64,000 bases of DNA from Callorhinchus milii. Taxonomy: Eukaryota. The translations under genes and the position numbers were made by a program. The notes under the pieces are model-generated. The model had not been told where the DNA came from. It made no database searches and saw nothing but the letters and a program-made list of their open reading frames with translations. This document shows, one piece after another, positions 40,006 to 52,642 of this stretch; position 1 is the stretch's first letter, and every line of letters begins with the position of its first letter. The stretch spans positions 110,858,001-110,922,000 of the forward strand of contig NW_024704742.1 of assembly GCF_018977255.1 (NCBI RefSeq), given 5' to 3'.

Positions 40006-40116
40006 GTTTACCTATTTATCCCTTCAGCAATAGATTTGAAGGTTAATTTGCCACTTGTTATCAGTTCGGTCCCGTTATATCCTTTCAACAACAGTGGGGG
40101 CCAGCAGCCAATGTGA
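40006..40116 (+). CDS. ARRDC3-like: ARRDC3-like copy A, exon 6 coding part with early stop; total ORF 960 nt (319 aa)
   Basis: tttag|VYLFIPSAIDLKVNLPLVISSVPLYPFNNSGGQQPM*; TGA at 40114-40116. The ancestral donor GAAG|gtaaga is retained at 40163. Confidence 0.88.
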   Translation, partial: VYLFIPSAIDLKVNLPLVISSVPLYPFNNSGGQQPM

Positions 40117-42559
40117 TATTAACAGGAACTGGCTGTTCCTCACACTGACACAAACACCTGAAGGTAAGAACTGCTTCTGGCAAAAACATCCATTACAGAA
40201 CACTTAAGCTTTTCAGTATTAGAGTAAGATTTAATGTCATTAATGAAATGAAAGTGACCCACTTCATTGAATGTAGTGGCTGTAACTTATATCCTAGAGA
40301 TAGCAAAGTACTGGCTGACCCTGTTAGCAAAAGATCACACGATTGGCTTAGATGAATAAGACCCTTTGGCCCATCTGATCTCAACCATCTTTTTATCTGC
40401 TAAAGCAGATAAAAAGCTGCTTTTTAAATGAGTCCAGTGTCCTGGCCTCAACCACCATTTGTGGCAACATGTTCTAGTTGTTAACTACCCTCTGAGTGAA
40501 GAAAAGCTTCTGGTATCTATTGCAAAATTGCGCTTTGCAACTCTAAACATAATGTGCTTCAGTGTAGCGCTAGCGCCAGATTACAGCATGACCAGCCAGG
40601 TGATACACCTCTGGTTTCCAGCTTTTAAATGCTGCCAATGTCACTTCCTGTGCAATCTACATACATGCTATGTACAGGAAGGGCTGCACCATATTAATGT
40701 AGGGTCTGAGATTACACACCTAAACCACCATGTCACAACAGGGTCGGTCTGTATTTGATATATTTATTAAATCTGCTACTTGGATAGATAAGGAACCAGT
40801 TAAACATATTTGTTGAATATTTAATTTCTGGCAATGATTGTCAATGATGATGACTTTACCAGGTGTTGGGATAATCCTTTGTTAAATTTTGACACCTGCA
40901 GCGTTCTGAGACTTTTCAATTTCAAAGTAAATTTAATTGTAAATTTTAGCTGCCCAAGAGACTAGTAAACTAACTTATATTTTTGTTAAATATTTATTTT
41001 CTAGACTTGATCTGTGAAAAAGTGGAAAATGATTTTGCTGGCACTGAAATAACTTCTTGTCAAAGAAAAAAACAATTTCTACTGAACCTTCTTAATTCTC
41101 CCCAAGGCCTTGTCATCTTTCCTTAAGTAGGGCACCCAGAACTGGGCACAATATGCCAAACCATGGCCAAACCAATGATTTACAATGTTGTGAGTCCTTG
41201 GGAAGTACCATATTTCTTGCAATCTCAAACTGCAGGAGAAACCAGGGATAAGGAGATGGTTCGCCTTTTGTCCTTCTACATACTGCAGATTCAAGCAAAG
41301 ATATCTTCTTTCATTTGACTGTGGCCTTTTTGAGAATCCTGCCAAAGTGGTGTAGTCCTCTAAAGTTTTATCAGACCATCTGCTTTATATTTCTTTGGAA
41401 GAGTTGGAAGAGATTCTGTAGTACCAGTGATGTCAAATACCTTCCTCTTCAAAAATAAATGCAACAGATTCCTTGGAGGCAACAGATTTTGGTTTTTGGA
41501 TAGAACCAAAGTTTCATTTAGATTTATATAGATTTTTGACTATAAAGGTGTGAATAATGGAAATGCCTAAAGCCAACTGAAAACAATGTGACCCTCATTG
41601 CAGTGTCCCGAGGTGAGGCCAATGTTTAGAAGCCAAAACAGCATTTCCGCAGCTGTTTGAAAAGTTATTGATTTAGCAAAGTCATAATTTTGTAAAGTGA
41701 CCACGAGAGGCTGAGATCCGGAATCCATTAAGCTGCTGAAAAAAGTAAATGATCCAATCAGTGTTTTGGTTGTAGACTGGAGATTGCTATATTTGTACTT
41801 CACAGCCACCATATTTGTATGCTGTATTTGTCTGAAATCTTACCTGATTGGGCCCAGCAGCACAGATTCACTGAAAGCAGCCTCACTAGATGGTAATCCA
41901 AGATGGCAACTCACACCATCTTCAGCCAGTTTGGGCATGACAGTTATTCAACAATCATGTGGAGGGGAATATTTCAATGCACATTTTAACATTTCTTAAT
42001 TAGGAAATAGAATGTATTTAGGACTACCGCGTTTGCTTATAATATTTAACAATGTAGCTACAATTGTGCAATTAATTTTGCTAAGGGATATAGGAAACTG
42101 GGTTTAATAATAAAAAGGTGATAACAGAGGTTGCAATGGTGCAGACATGATGAGCCAAATGTAACCTTTCAGTGCTGGAAATTTCTGTTTCGATCACGTT
42201 TTGCTCTTCATTATGTCTTATTAATAAATTGAAACTCCCAATTCTCAAACATTCCCAGTTTGAAATGTTTCAAGCTGACTTCCAATCCATTCACAGCAAT
42301 GCATCCAACTTGATCATAGTCAGCAATGGCATTCTGTCTGTCTGCGACTGGGTCTTGCTGTTTTTCCTTGTCCACAAGACCTCTCTGTAATCATTGATAC
42401 TGTCATCCATTTCATTCTCCTAAATCATCTCTTCTCTTTGGTCCACTTCTATGGCACTCATTTTGATTTGCATTATTAACTTAATGCCTCCATGCTGTCT
42501 AATCCCACAGTTTCACATCCTGTGCCCATATTATCACTTTTGCTGTACCCCATTGCTGT

Positions 42560-43420
42560 CTTCTTGGTCTTGTATTTCTTCTCTGTTTGCTTCCCATTGG
42601 TGACATCGTCTACAGGCATAAAGTTTGTTTCCACATATATGCCAATGACATCCAACTCTACCTCTTCACTTCTACCCTAAATTCCAGGATTGGCTTGTTC
42701 TGGCTCCTTGTCAGTAGTCATTGGATATGCCTTAACTTTTAACTAAACCTCAACAAAACTGAAAGCACCTCAATCAGCTCTCACCAGCGCCTTCTCACTT
42801 TTGGCTTCAAATCTATTAATCTCTCTGGCTGCTCACTCAGGAATAAACAGCAAGTCTGCTACCTTGAATCCATTGGTTAGAATACCTTTTTCAGCTTTAG
42901 AGCATTGCCCATGTGCAGCCTTACCTCATGCTGCTCGAATTCTCCTTGATGCTTTCAAGTCAAGAATAAACTTCTAATTCTATCTTCATCAGCCTCTTAA
43001 GCTCCATCCTCCACCAAAACAGCCAATATTCACCTCCACACTAGGTTCTGCACACGCATTTCTTACTGAGTCCCACCAGCTTGCAATACCCCAGCTAACT
43101 GACTTTAGGCCCTTGTTTTGAGCTTCAAATCCCTTTACACACACTAGAAATGCAACCTACACTGACCCCACTCACCTGACTGTATGCTGTGATTCTTGTC
43201 TAATGTTTCTCAATCCTACTGTTCTACTATTAGTGACCAAACCTTCAGGTATCATGCCTTCCTTCTGGAATTCTCTTCCAAAATCTTTTTGCCTCATTTC
43301 CTTTTTCACTGCGTTCAAAATCTTCCTAAAGCATATAAATAGAATACAATGGAAATGACATTTATATTCATATTGGGAGGATGTACAAGACTCTGGACAG
43401 TCCAAGGTTTGCACTTGAGC
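42560..43420 (+). mobile_element. Highly decayed L2
   Basis: tatgccaatgacatccaactctacc (YADD-like) followed by L2-like sequence through to a tail remnant. Confidence 0.55.
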
Positions 43421-44204
43421 TGGAGTTAGGGAGCGAGGGTGCAGGTATGACAAATATCTTTGTGATCTTGCTTTTGGTCAGCATCACTGCCGTTCTTGGT
43501 GTTTGCTGGTACAATTGGTACATGTTTTGCATTTATGAAGTTTATTCTACGTGAAAGACGAAGTATAAGTTAATTCTATGTGAAAGGCGATGTATATTGC
43601 TATTTTTCCCTTTGCTTCATGATTGTCTCTTACAAAGCTTCTTCTTCCTTCCCAACTATTATGAAGTCAATAGGAATTTACAGTGGGAAGAGGGACAGAG
43701 ATGACCTGGACAAGATTGCCTGAGTCCATAGATTGGTCCTTTTATCATTCATAGATACATGTGATTCAACAAATGTGTTACTTCTTTGACATATTCTGAA
43801 TAAAGTAATGAAGTCCTCAAGTTTGATTGTGCACATGTGGTTTTATTGTTTGTTTTATTACTATCTTGGTGTATTAAAAATATGGTGGCATCATCCCAAC
43901 ACATTTACATCATCACAATACAACACTATGTTCATGTGACGGAATTTCGACTCCACACTCTGACCCAAAGTTGGAAGTTATTGATTAAGTCATTGTAAGA
44001 TCTCATTGTAAGAAAGAATAGAGCTGTACTATTATCTATGATAACCTGGAATCTTTCAAACAAAAATGCCTTATTCATTAGACATAAAAGAGTTAAGTTG
44101 CACTACAGCAATTTCCTCTCAATTCTGCTCCTTTTTAATTTCCTTTGTACAAACTCAGATCATTCTTTGTGCCAGGTTACTGTAACTGGTATGAGTAATG
44201 GATA

Positions 44205-44572
44205 CATATCGACTTCAAGATCCTCACCCTTGTCTTCAAACACCTCCACTCCTCTGCACGCCCTTACCTCTCTCCTCACAACAGTGCCCATTGCCTTCGC
44301 TTCACCAGGTCTGGCCTCCTCTTTGTCCCCTGAATCCTCCTCTCCACCATCGGTGACCGTGCCTTCAGTCACTATGCCCCGAGGATCTGGAACTCCCTTC
44401 CTCACTCCCTTCGCCTCACCCCCTCTCTTCCTATTTTCAGGTCTCGGCTTTTCGACCGCGCCTTTGGTCACCTTCCTTCCCCTCCCTCGGCCCCGGGATT
44501 CGTTACTGTGAAGTGCTCTGAGACACTGTCCAGCGTGGAGGGTGCTATATAAATTCAAGCTGTTGTTGTTGC
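44205..44572 (+). mobile_element. L2 3' fragment (family B tail)
   Basis: Tail gagacactgtccagcgtggagggtgctatat..(tgt)n; same family as 60257-60964. Confidence 0.8.
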
Positions 44573-46586
44573 TGCATATCAGGACAAATAAATAAATAGA
44601 GATTACAGAAGACTAGATTTTATATGAAAATATATTATTAAAACAGATTCATGGTGAGTTACAGATGTAAAATTTAAGGATTGTGTAGTTCACTTTTGCT
44701 TGCCTCTTCAAAGTGCAGAAGAAATAGCCATGGCAGTCTTAATTATACATATTTTTGCAGAAAAACAATAACAACTTACATTTATATAGCGTCCTTCGGG
44801 TAGTGTCCCGGAGCGCTTGATAGTGGTGGAGTCTGACCCCACCTGTTTCATAATAAACAAAATTATCATACTTCAAAAATCATACATTCAAAAATATCTG
44901 GATTTTTTTTCAAGAAACTATTTGAACTAATTCTCAATAAATTCTAATATCATTTCATATGATATCTTCACTGATGCGATCTTCTTAGGCTGGTTTCATT
45001 GACCTGGTTGAATGCACTGTTACCACCCATCATATGAATGTGGGCTCCCACCACATTCTGATCAACATCACCAATGTGACAATGTCCTGCACCATCTTTA
45101 TTGATGCCATTTTGCTGGGGTAACTTGCTGTGAAGGAGAGTTGTTCTACATTACACATTAGTTGCTGCAGACCCTTTCATGATCCAGTTTTGCAAGTCAA
45201 CTTAACATTGTGTTGCCCTTTGCTCACCTTGCCTGTTTTTTTCTCCTCACAGACTCTGCCTAACTCCTTTGAAGTCATATTTGGCAGTGTTACAGGGTAA
45301 AAACAACCACACAAGCAATTGGACATGGTGAAGGAACAGTATACAGCCTTTGAGATTATTAACATTAACACTCCATTGCTGGTGGTAAGTACATAGAAAG
45401 GTTAGAGTGCAAATTATCATTTCAATAAATTGGCCAATCCTAAAGTTATCCAACATTTTTTTAAGGGGGTCAGACCGATGTCTTGACTGAAGCATTGAAT
45501 GCAGTGTGTGGCAAATTCCTGTTTCTTGTCACGCATGGATCTGTTAGGGCTTTGACAGAGTGGGTTATCCTTGCCCTCAGATACCTCCAGTGAATAGGCT
45601 GGCTGAGCTATTATCAGAAATGCCCTGGAGTACTGCAGCCTCACCTGCCTCAGGAACCAGACATTCAAGATTGCAACAAAGGATACACTCAAAGCTGATA
45701 TTCCGTTGCCAAGCATGCCTGTCACCCTGGAGCCAGCTCAGCTCCAAGGAAACCCTGCTTACCTCCCCAAAAAAGAAAAGTCACTAGTTGGTCTTTTAAC
45801 AATTGACAAACACAGGTTTGAGTCCTCACCAGGTTGGTAACAGGAATCAGGAACTGGGTATTCTTGATGGACTTCTAGATTTCATAACTTATAAAATCCT
45901 TTCATGAAATACTGCAAATTATACCGCTGTTTAGAGTGGAAAAAGGATGTCCTCCCAACGTGAAAGATGCATTACATAAATGAAATTTGTTGTTGTTACC
46001 TATTGAATCATGTGTTTTTCAAAACATTTTACAAAGTATATCACCATGATTATATGGTAAATATGTTATTGTAGAAGAAATAATGAGTTAAAACAGTTCC
46101 TTAAAATACAGATTTATATAAAGGCATAATAAAGATTTTGACATTAAAGTTCATTAAAGGAACACTATATTGTGGGATGCTGTTATGAACATAAGATATC
46201 AATTGTCATTGTGGTTCGTTCTACCAGTTGCTGTTATTGTTCCATATTATTGTCCCTTTGTATTATTTGGATACGCAAAATTGATTTGGATCAGAGTCAT
46301 TGATTTTTGATTCATATATCCAGGGTTTTGTATCTGCCTTTAATGGTGTACAGCAGCTGCTGCAAACTGGGAGATCAAGAGCTCAATAGGTATGTGCGTG
46401 TGTATGTGTGTGGATGTGGTTTGTGGGCAGAAGGATGGCGATAACGCTCATGCATTTCCTACTGAGTTGTGCTATTCACTACGAGGCTATCCACCTAGTG
46501 AGAGCTCAAACCTACACTTGTCAAGTGTTGAATGTCCAACAAATGGCAACTTCTGTGGGGGATGGGGTTAAGGATCGTGGCTACTC

Positions 46587-49500
46587 CAACAACAACAACA
46601 ACAAGATTCCATTTATAGAGCGCCTTTCACGTCGGGAGGACGTCCCAAGGCGTTGAGTCAGGACCCGAGCAGGGGGGAAATGGTCAGGGTGAGGGGAGGG
46701 AAGGGAGGAAGCGAGGAGGGGGTAGAGAGTCGAGAGGGGAGCTGAAGACACGGTCAAAGAGAAAGGTCTTGAAACCGGCCTTGAAGGAGGAAAGGGAGGA
46801 GGCGGCGAAGGCACGGGGGATGGAGTTCCAGAGTCTAGGGGCTGAAAGGCTGAAGGCCCAGCCACCGATGGTAGGGCGGTTGGAGCGGGGGATGTGGAGC
46901 AGACCGGAGCCAGAGGAATGGAGGGTACGGGCAGGTAAGTAGGAGGATAGTAGGTCGGAGAGATAGGAGGGAGCAAGGCCGTGAATGGCCTTGTAGGTGA
47001 GGATGAGGATCTTGAATTCGATCCTCTGGGGGATGGGGAGCCAGTGGAGGCGAGCGAGGGTGGGAGTGATGTGGTCGCGAACCCTGGTGTGGAACAGTAC
47101 ACGAGCTGCAGAGTTCTGAATGACCTGCAGCTTGTGGAGGGAGGTGCCGGGAAGGCCGGCGAGGAGAGAGTTCCCATAGTCCAGCCTTGAGGTGATAAAG
47201 GCGTGGACCAGAGTTTCAGCAGCATGAGGGGTGAGGTAGTGCCGTAGTCTGGCGATGTTTCAGAGATGATGGAAGGCGGTGCCAGTTGTGGCGCGGATAT
47301 GAGGAAAAAAGGACAGCTCAGGGTCGAACAGAACCCCGAGGTTCCTGACTGGCTTTGAGATTTGGAGAGTGCAGCCTTGGATGCTGATGGTGTCAGTGCC
47401 TGAGGTGTGGAGGCGCTGACGCGAGTCAATCAGGAGGGCCTCAGTTTTGCGCACGTTGAGTTGAAGAAAGTTGTCTCTCGTTCAGGACTCGATATCAGAC
47501 AGGCAGGCTGTCAGGACATCAGTGGTCATGGAGTTGAGAGTAGAGGAGGAAAGGTAGAGTTGGGTGTCATCCACATACATGTGGAAGTTAACTCCATGTC
47601 TGCGGATGATGTCACCAAGGGGGAGCATATAGAGGGTGAAGAGAAGGGGACTGAGGACAGAGCCTTGAGGGACACCACAGTGCGAGGGCTGGAGGAAAAG
47701 CCATTTGTGGAAACAAAATGAAGATGGTGGGAGAGGTACGACCTAAACCACTTAAGGACAGGGCCTTGAAGGTTGAGGTGGGAGGACAAAACGGTGGAGG
47801 AGGATAGCGTGGTCGACCGTATCGAATGCTGCCGATAGGTCGAGGAGGACGAGGAGGCGGAGGGAGCCCTGGCCGCAGATGATCAAGATGTCATTGGTGA
47901 CCTTGACCAGGGTGGTTTCTGTGCTATGGGCAGCACGGAAACCCGACTGAAGGGGTTCGAATAATGCATGCGTGGAGAGGAAAGAGCGCAGTTGGGAGGC
48001 GACAACTCTTTCAAGGACCTTGGACAGGAAGGGTTGGAGATAATAATAATAATAATAATAATCCTTACATTTGATATAGCGCTTTTCACGTTGGGAGGAC
48101 GTCCCAAAGCGCTTCACAGAACACTGTAAAGTGAATTGACTGTATATTTGTGGGCGAACGCGGCAGCCAATTGCGCACAGCAATGTCACACAAACAATCG
48201 TAGATTGAAAATGACCAATTTATTATTATTTTGGTTTTGGAGGGATTATTATTATTAGGCTCTGTGTGGAGTAAGGAAACTTGCCCAAGGTTTCGCCCTG
48301 CCTGGAATTGAACTCAGGTCTCTCACTTGCAAGCGAGTGCTCTAACCACTGAGCTACAGGACTCCAGATGGGCCGGTAGCTTGATAACTGTGACGCATCA
48401 AGGGAGGGTTTTTTCAAAGAGGGAGTGATGATGGCAGTTTTTAGGGGAATGGGAACAGAGCCAGAGGTGAGGGACAGGTTGATGATGTCTGTGATATGTG
48501 GGGCAAGGAGGTGGAGCTGAGAGATAAGGAGTGGAGTGGGGATGGGATCAAGGGAGCAGGTGGTGGGTTCCAGGGACAGGATGAGTTTGGTGACAGAGGG
48601 TGGGGAAACGGGTTCGAAGGTGTGTAGGGGAGGATGGGTATGAGTCGGAGTGTGGGAGGGAAGGGGTGGGTGGTGGGTGGAAGTTGGAGGGGGAGTGAAC
48701 GCGGAGCGGATTCCCTTGATTTTGGATTCAAGGAAATCCAGCATCTCCTCGCAGTTATAGTTGGAGGAGATGACCTGCGCGGGGTGGCGGGGGGGACGGA
48801 GGAATCAGGATGTGGTAGAAAACAGAAGCCTGGGGTTGTTCTTCGCCTCCAGGATTATCCTGGAGTAGAAGGACGACTAGGCCCAGGCTAGAGTGGAGCA
48901 GTAGATTTTGAGGAGGTCCAGCTAGATTTGTCGGTGGACAGTTAGGCCAGATTTGAGGCAGGTGCATTCAGCGACCCGCACCTGGCTCTTCAGTGAGCGG
49001 AGGTGGGTGGTGAACCAGGGGGTAGAACGAGAGTAGGAGACAGTACGGGAGGTGATGGGGGCAAGAGTGTCGAGTGTGGAGGAGAGGATGTTGTGGAGGA
49101 GGGTGAGAGCAGACGAGGGATCGGTGAGGGTTGAAGGGCAGAGGGAGAGGAGTTCAGAGGATTCCAAGGCAGCGGTTAGGGATTGTGGAGGTAACTTCTT
49201 CCAGGGGCGGTAGAAGATGGTGGGTCTGGTGGAGGTGGGGAGGGGGGTGGAGGTGGTGAAGGAGGTGAAGTGGTGATCGGAGACGGCCTTGTCGGTGATG
49301 GTGACATCCGAGACACTGAAGCCCCGGGTGATCACCAAATCGAGTGGGTGGCCGTGACTGTGAGTGGTGGAGTTGATGTGGTGGGAGAGGTTGAGCGAGG
49401 AGTGGAGGGAGGAGAAGTCCGAGGAGATGGAGCAGGAGGGGGTGAAGTGCAGGTTGAAGTCGCCCAGGATGATGAGGCGATCAGAGCAGAGGCAGAGAGA

Positions 49501-50680
49501 TGTAAGTAGGGTAGAAATATCGGAGATGAAGGTGGGAGAGGTTTTAGGGGGCCGGTAGAGGAGGAGGATTTTGAGTGAGAGGAAGGAGGGGTGGGAGAGG
49601 GTGAGGTGCTCAAAAGAGGGGAAAGAGCCAGAGGAGTAGGGGGATAGGGCAAGTGGTGTCCTTGAGATAAGGGCTACACCACCGCCACGGCGGTTGGGGC
49701 GAGGGATGTGGTGGGAGGTGTAGCCGGGTGGTGTGGCCTCCGTGAGGGGGAAGGTGTCACCTGGGGTGAGCCAGGTTTCTGTTAAGGCCATGATGTCAAC
49801 GCTCTCATCAAGGATGAGATCGTTGATGACCAGGGCCTTGTTACAGAGGGAGCGGACGTTTTGTAGTCCGATGTGGAGGGAGCGGTTGACAGAAGGGTGT
49901 GTGGGAGGGAGGGGGTCCAGGTTGTGAGGCAGGGGTGGGGGAATGGGGATGAGGGAGGAGAGGTTGGCTCCCCGGGTCTGTGTCCGGGGTGGCTGGCGAG
50001 TGTGGTGGGGAATGGGGCAGTCGGTGTGGCTGCTGCTGGACAGCCAACGCCGAGTGCCACGGTGAGCCCGGCGGAGGATTCCCGGGCTGGAACAGAGGGA
50101 GGCTGTGGGATGGTCAAGTGGGGATAGAAGGCGAGGGGGACGGAGAGAGAGGAGGACAGGGCGGGAGAGATGCAGAGGGGGGAGGGTTTGGGGGGAGAGA
50201 GGAGGGGTGGAGGGAGGGGGGGAAGGTCAGAGCGGCAGCCATAGTGCGCACGCGGGGACCGGGAGCAAGCGGTCAGGTGGATGGCATTTGCCCATAGGCT
50301 GGGGCTGGGGCTGGGGCAGCCAACCCAACAGGACCATGGTGGGCCCTGCTGCGAGCCCCGGGGGGAGGGGGTGGGCGCAGAGGGTTTTATTTTGCGCTCG
50401 CACACTCCTGCAACTAAACTATGACGTCAGTGGTTCCCCCGCTCCGCGCCCCCACAGTCCCTCCCCCCAGGATGGCTGCACTCCCTGCCGCCTTGTGCTT
50501 TATACTACATAAAAAGAAAGCCAGCAACAAAACACAGATGATCCTGTTCCTGACTTCAGTTGGGTATTTTTCAGTCAGGAAACGCCCAAAAAAACAAATG
50601 TCTTCACAAAAGGACGAAACAAGCCGAAACACAACACCAGCTCTAGATTGCCAAGGCGGAAGCAGAGTGAAGTGACTCAC
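46587..50680 (-). mobile_element. Near full-length L2-clade LINE (APE endonuclease + RT), inactivated and SINE-interrupted
   Basis: EN motifs LQNVRSL..DIMALTETWL..GGGVA..LGDFN..SDH (49860-48922). RT motifs QSGFR..STET..LLDLSAAFDTVDH and YVDD. (TGT)n tail at 46587. Contains a stop at 48922 and frameshifts. Confidence 0.92.
48042..48365 (-). mobile_element. Young SINE inserted into L2 ORF2
   Basis: Splits YRPI|SNP; agat is duplicated at 48038-48041 and 48366-48369. Confidence 0.92.
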
Positions 50681-50881
50681 AGGAGAATTAGGAGGAATTT
50701 TTCCACAACAAGCTGCCAGCTTTAGAACAGACTAAAATCGGGTTTACAAACTCTGTCTATCCTGACCTCCGACAGTGTTTATTGTTTCACTGATTGTGTC
50801 TGCAGCTTTTACACCCAGTGCTTCAAATCAATCAACTTCACTTCAAGATCTTTGATTCTATATTTTTTTGTTCCGATCGTC

Positions 50882-51152
50882 ATGGGAAAGGTGAAGGTTT
50901 TTGCAATAATCTACGATGGTTTTATTGACAACATTGCCCCCATGTTCACCAGTGGAGATTTAGTCTCTGGACGGGTTATTATGGAACTTTCTGATGAAAT
51001 CAAGGTGAAATCTCTTAAGATCCATGCCAAAGGTCATGCCAAAGTCAGCTGGACAGTAAGGAAAAAGAAAGGCTCCAAGACCCACAGTAGAGTTTACCAC
51101 CAAGAAGTGGAATATTTGAATCACAAAGAAGTGTTAATCGGACATGGAGTAG
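50882..51152 (+). CDS. ARRDC3-like: ARRDC3-like copy B, exon 1
   Basis: MGKVKVFAIIYDG..SGDLVSGRVIMELSDEIKVKSLKIHAKGHAKVSWT..EVEYLNHKEVLIGHG; donor G|gtaagt, phase 1. Confidence 0.92.
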
Positions 51153-51213
51153 GTAAGTTATAATTTTTGTGGGTCACCTGGATGTCTGACACATGTGGAA
51201 ACTCGTCACCGTG

Positions 51214-51503
51214 CCTCAGAGTATGGGGAAACAGAGCTTAGTATTGGTGAGTATGCGGACAGTAGAATTTTGGATTAGCTGGACCCTGTGCATGGTAGAG
51301 CTGGGGAGACCAGCGAGGAGGGCATTTGAATAGTCGAGGGGGGAGGTGCCGAACGTGTGGACAAGTGTTTCGGCTGTATCTGGGGTAAGGTACGGTCGGA
51401 GATGGGCAATGTGGCGGAAGTGGACGAAGGCTGTCCTGATCAGGGATCGGATGTGAGGAAGGAAAGATAGCTGTGGGTCGAATCTGACGCCGAGATTACG
51501 CAC
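51214..51503 (-). mobile_element. Internal L2 RT fragment
   Basis: RNLGVRFDPQLSFLPHI..LDYSNALLAGLP. Confidence 0.8.
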
Positions 51504-52143
51504 TTATCGAAATATCACTCCTTCCTCTTGGGTTTTTGAAGAAAGGCAACAATGCCCCCTATTGGTGATCGACAAGTTGGAGACCACTGCTATACGGAGA
51601 TGGGAGCTATCAATCATGGTCAGCTCTTTATTTCTCTTTCATGAGATGTGCCAGATCTGGCATTTTCACCCAAGTCAAACATTTCTGCAGATAACCAATA
51701 AGGTGTAATCCAGGAAGTAGAGCACGCATAACAATCCCAAAACACTTGCAAATGTTGCTTTTCATTTTACCATTTCAAGAATAAATGCACAAAGAGGTCA
51801 AAGTACACATTGCAAATAATAATAATTTCCGTGCATTTGGATTAACGCCTTTTCAAGTTTATTGTCGAGACGTCTCAAAGTGTTTCACAGAGTACACTGT
51901 AAAGTGTTACAAACACTCTGGGAAGCTATCCTGCATGATGAACGGTCTGTAAATGCAAGTTGTTGTTGTAAAGTGGAGTGATTGTATTTTGTGGGCAAAA
52001 CAGGGCAACCGTGTTTGAAATACTGGATTTTTTTCATGAAAATCAAGTTGTGCAATAATTTTTGTTAAACTAAGGTGAGGTCTGGAAATATCAAAGCCTT
52101 GGGCAAGAACAACAGTGATACATTGGCCTGTAGCCATTAGTCT

Positions 52144-52396
52144 GAGTCCTGTAACTCAGTGGTTAGAACAGTCGCATCGCAAGCGAGAGCCTTGGTTTAA
52201 TTCCCGGCAGGGCCATATCTTGGGCAAGTTTCCTTACTCCACACGCCTGATAATAATCCCTCAAGAAAAAAAAACAATAATTAATTGGTCACTCAATTCA
52301 CGACTGTTTGTGGGACACTCCTGTGCGCTATTGGCTGCCATGTTTCGCCCACAAATATATAGTCAATTCACTTTACAGTATATTCTGTGAAGTGCT
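52144..52396 (+). mobile_element. SINE copy
   Basis: Family match. Confidence 0.82.
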
Positions 52397-52642
52397 CACA
52401 GAGGTCTCTGGCCTGCACTAATGTGTCAGTTTATTTGTCAAAGTCCATCACATGAGGACCTGGATTAAGCAGCTGGTGCTGAGTAACCCCTGAGCAAGTG
52501 TTATTGGACTTGGACCTCAAGAACTTCAAAGTGGCTGGCATATTATAAGCTGTCCTGTAAAGGTTCTCCCACCACACTGAAGGGGCAGATTCCTATCAAC
52601 TAGGGTGGTCCTAGCTGGACAAGCAGGGGGAAAGCTTGTCAG

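Noticed and set aside
40164..46500. Possible remnants of ARRDC3 exons 7 and 8 (gatgatgacttt near 40845; ctag|acttgatc near 41005; tcatatatccaggg near 46312)
   Set aside because: Matches are short, with no PPSY/PPLY codons and no intact exon; cannot be distinguished from chance without a sensitive alignment.
49782..50512. 207-aa Pro-rich ORF as L2 ORF1, and the overlapping + strand ORFs
   Set aside because: Low-complexity GC-rich sequence with no recognisable esterase, RRM or zinc-knuckle motif.
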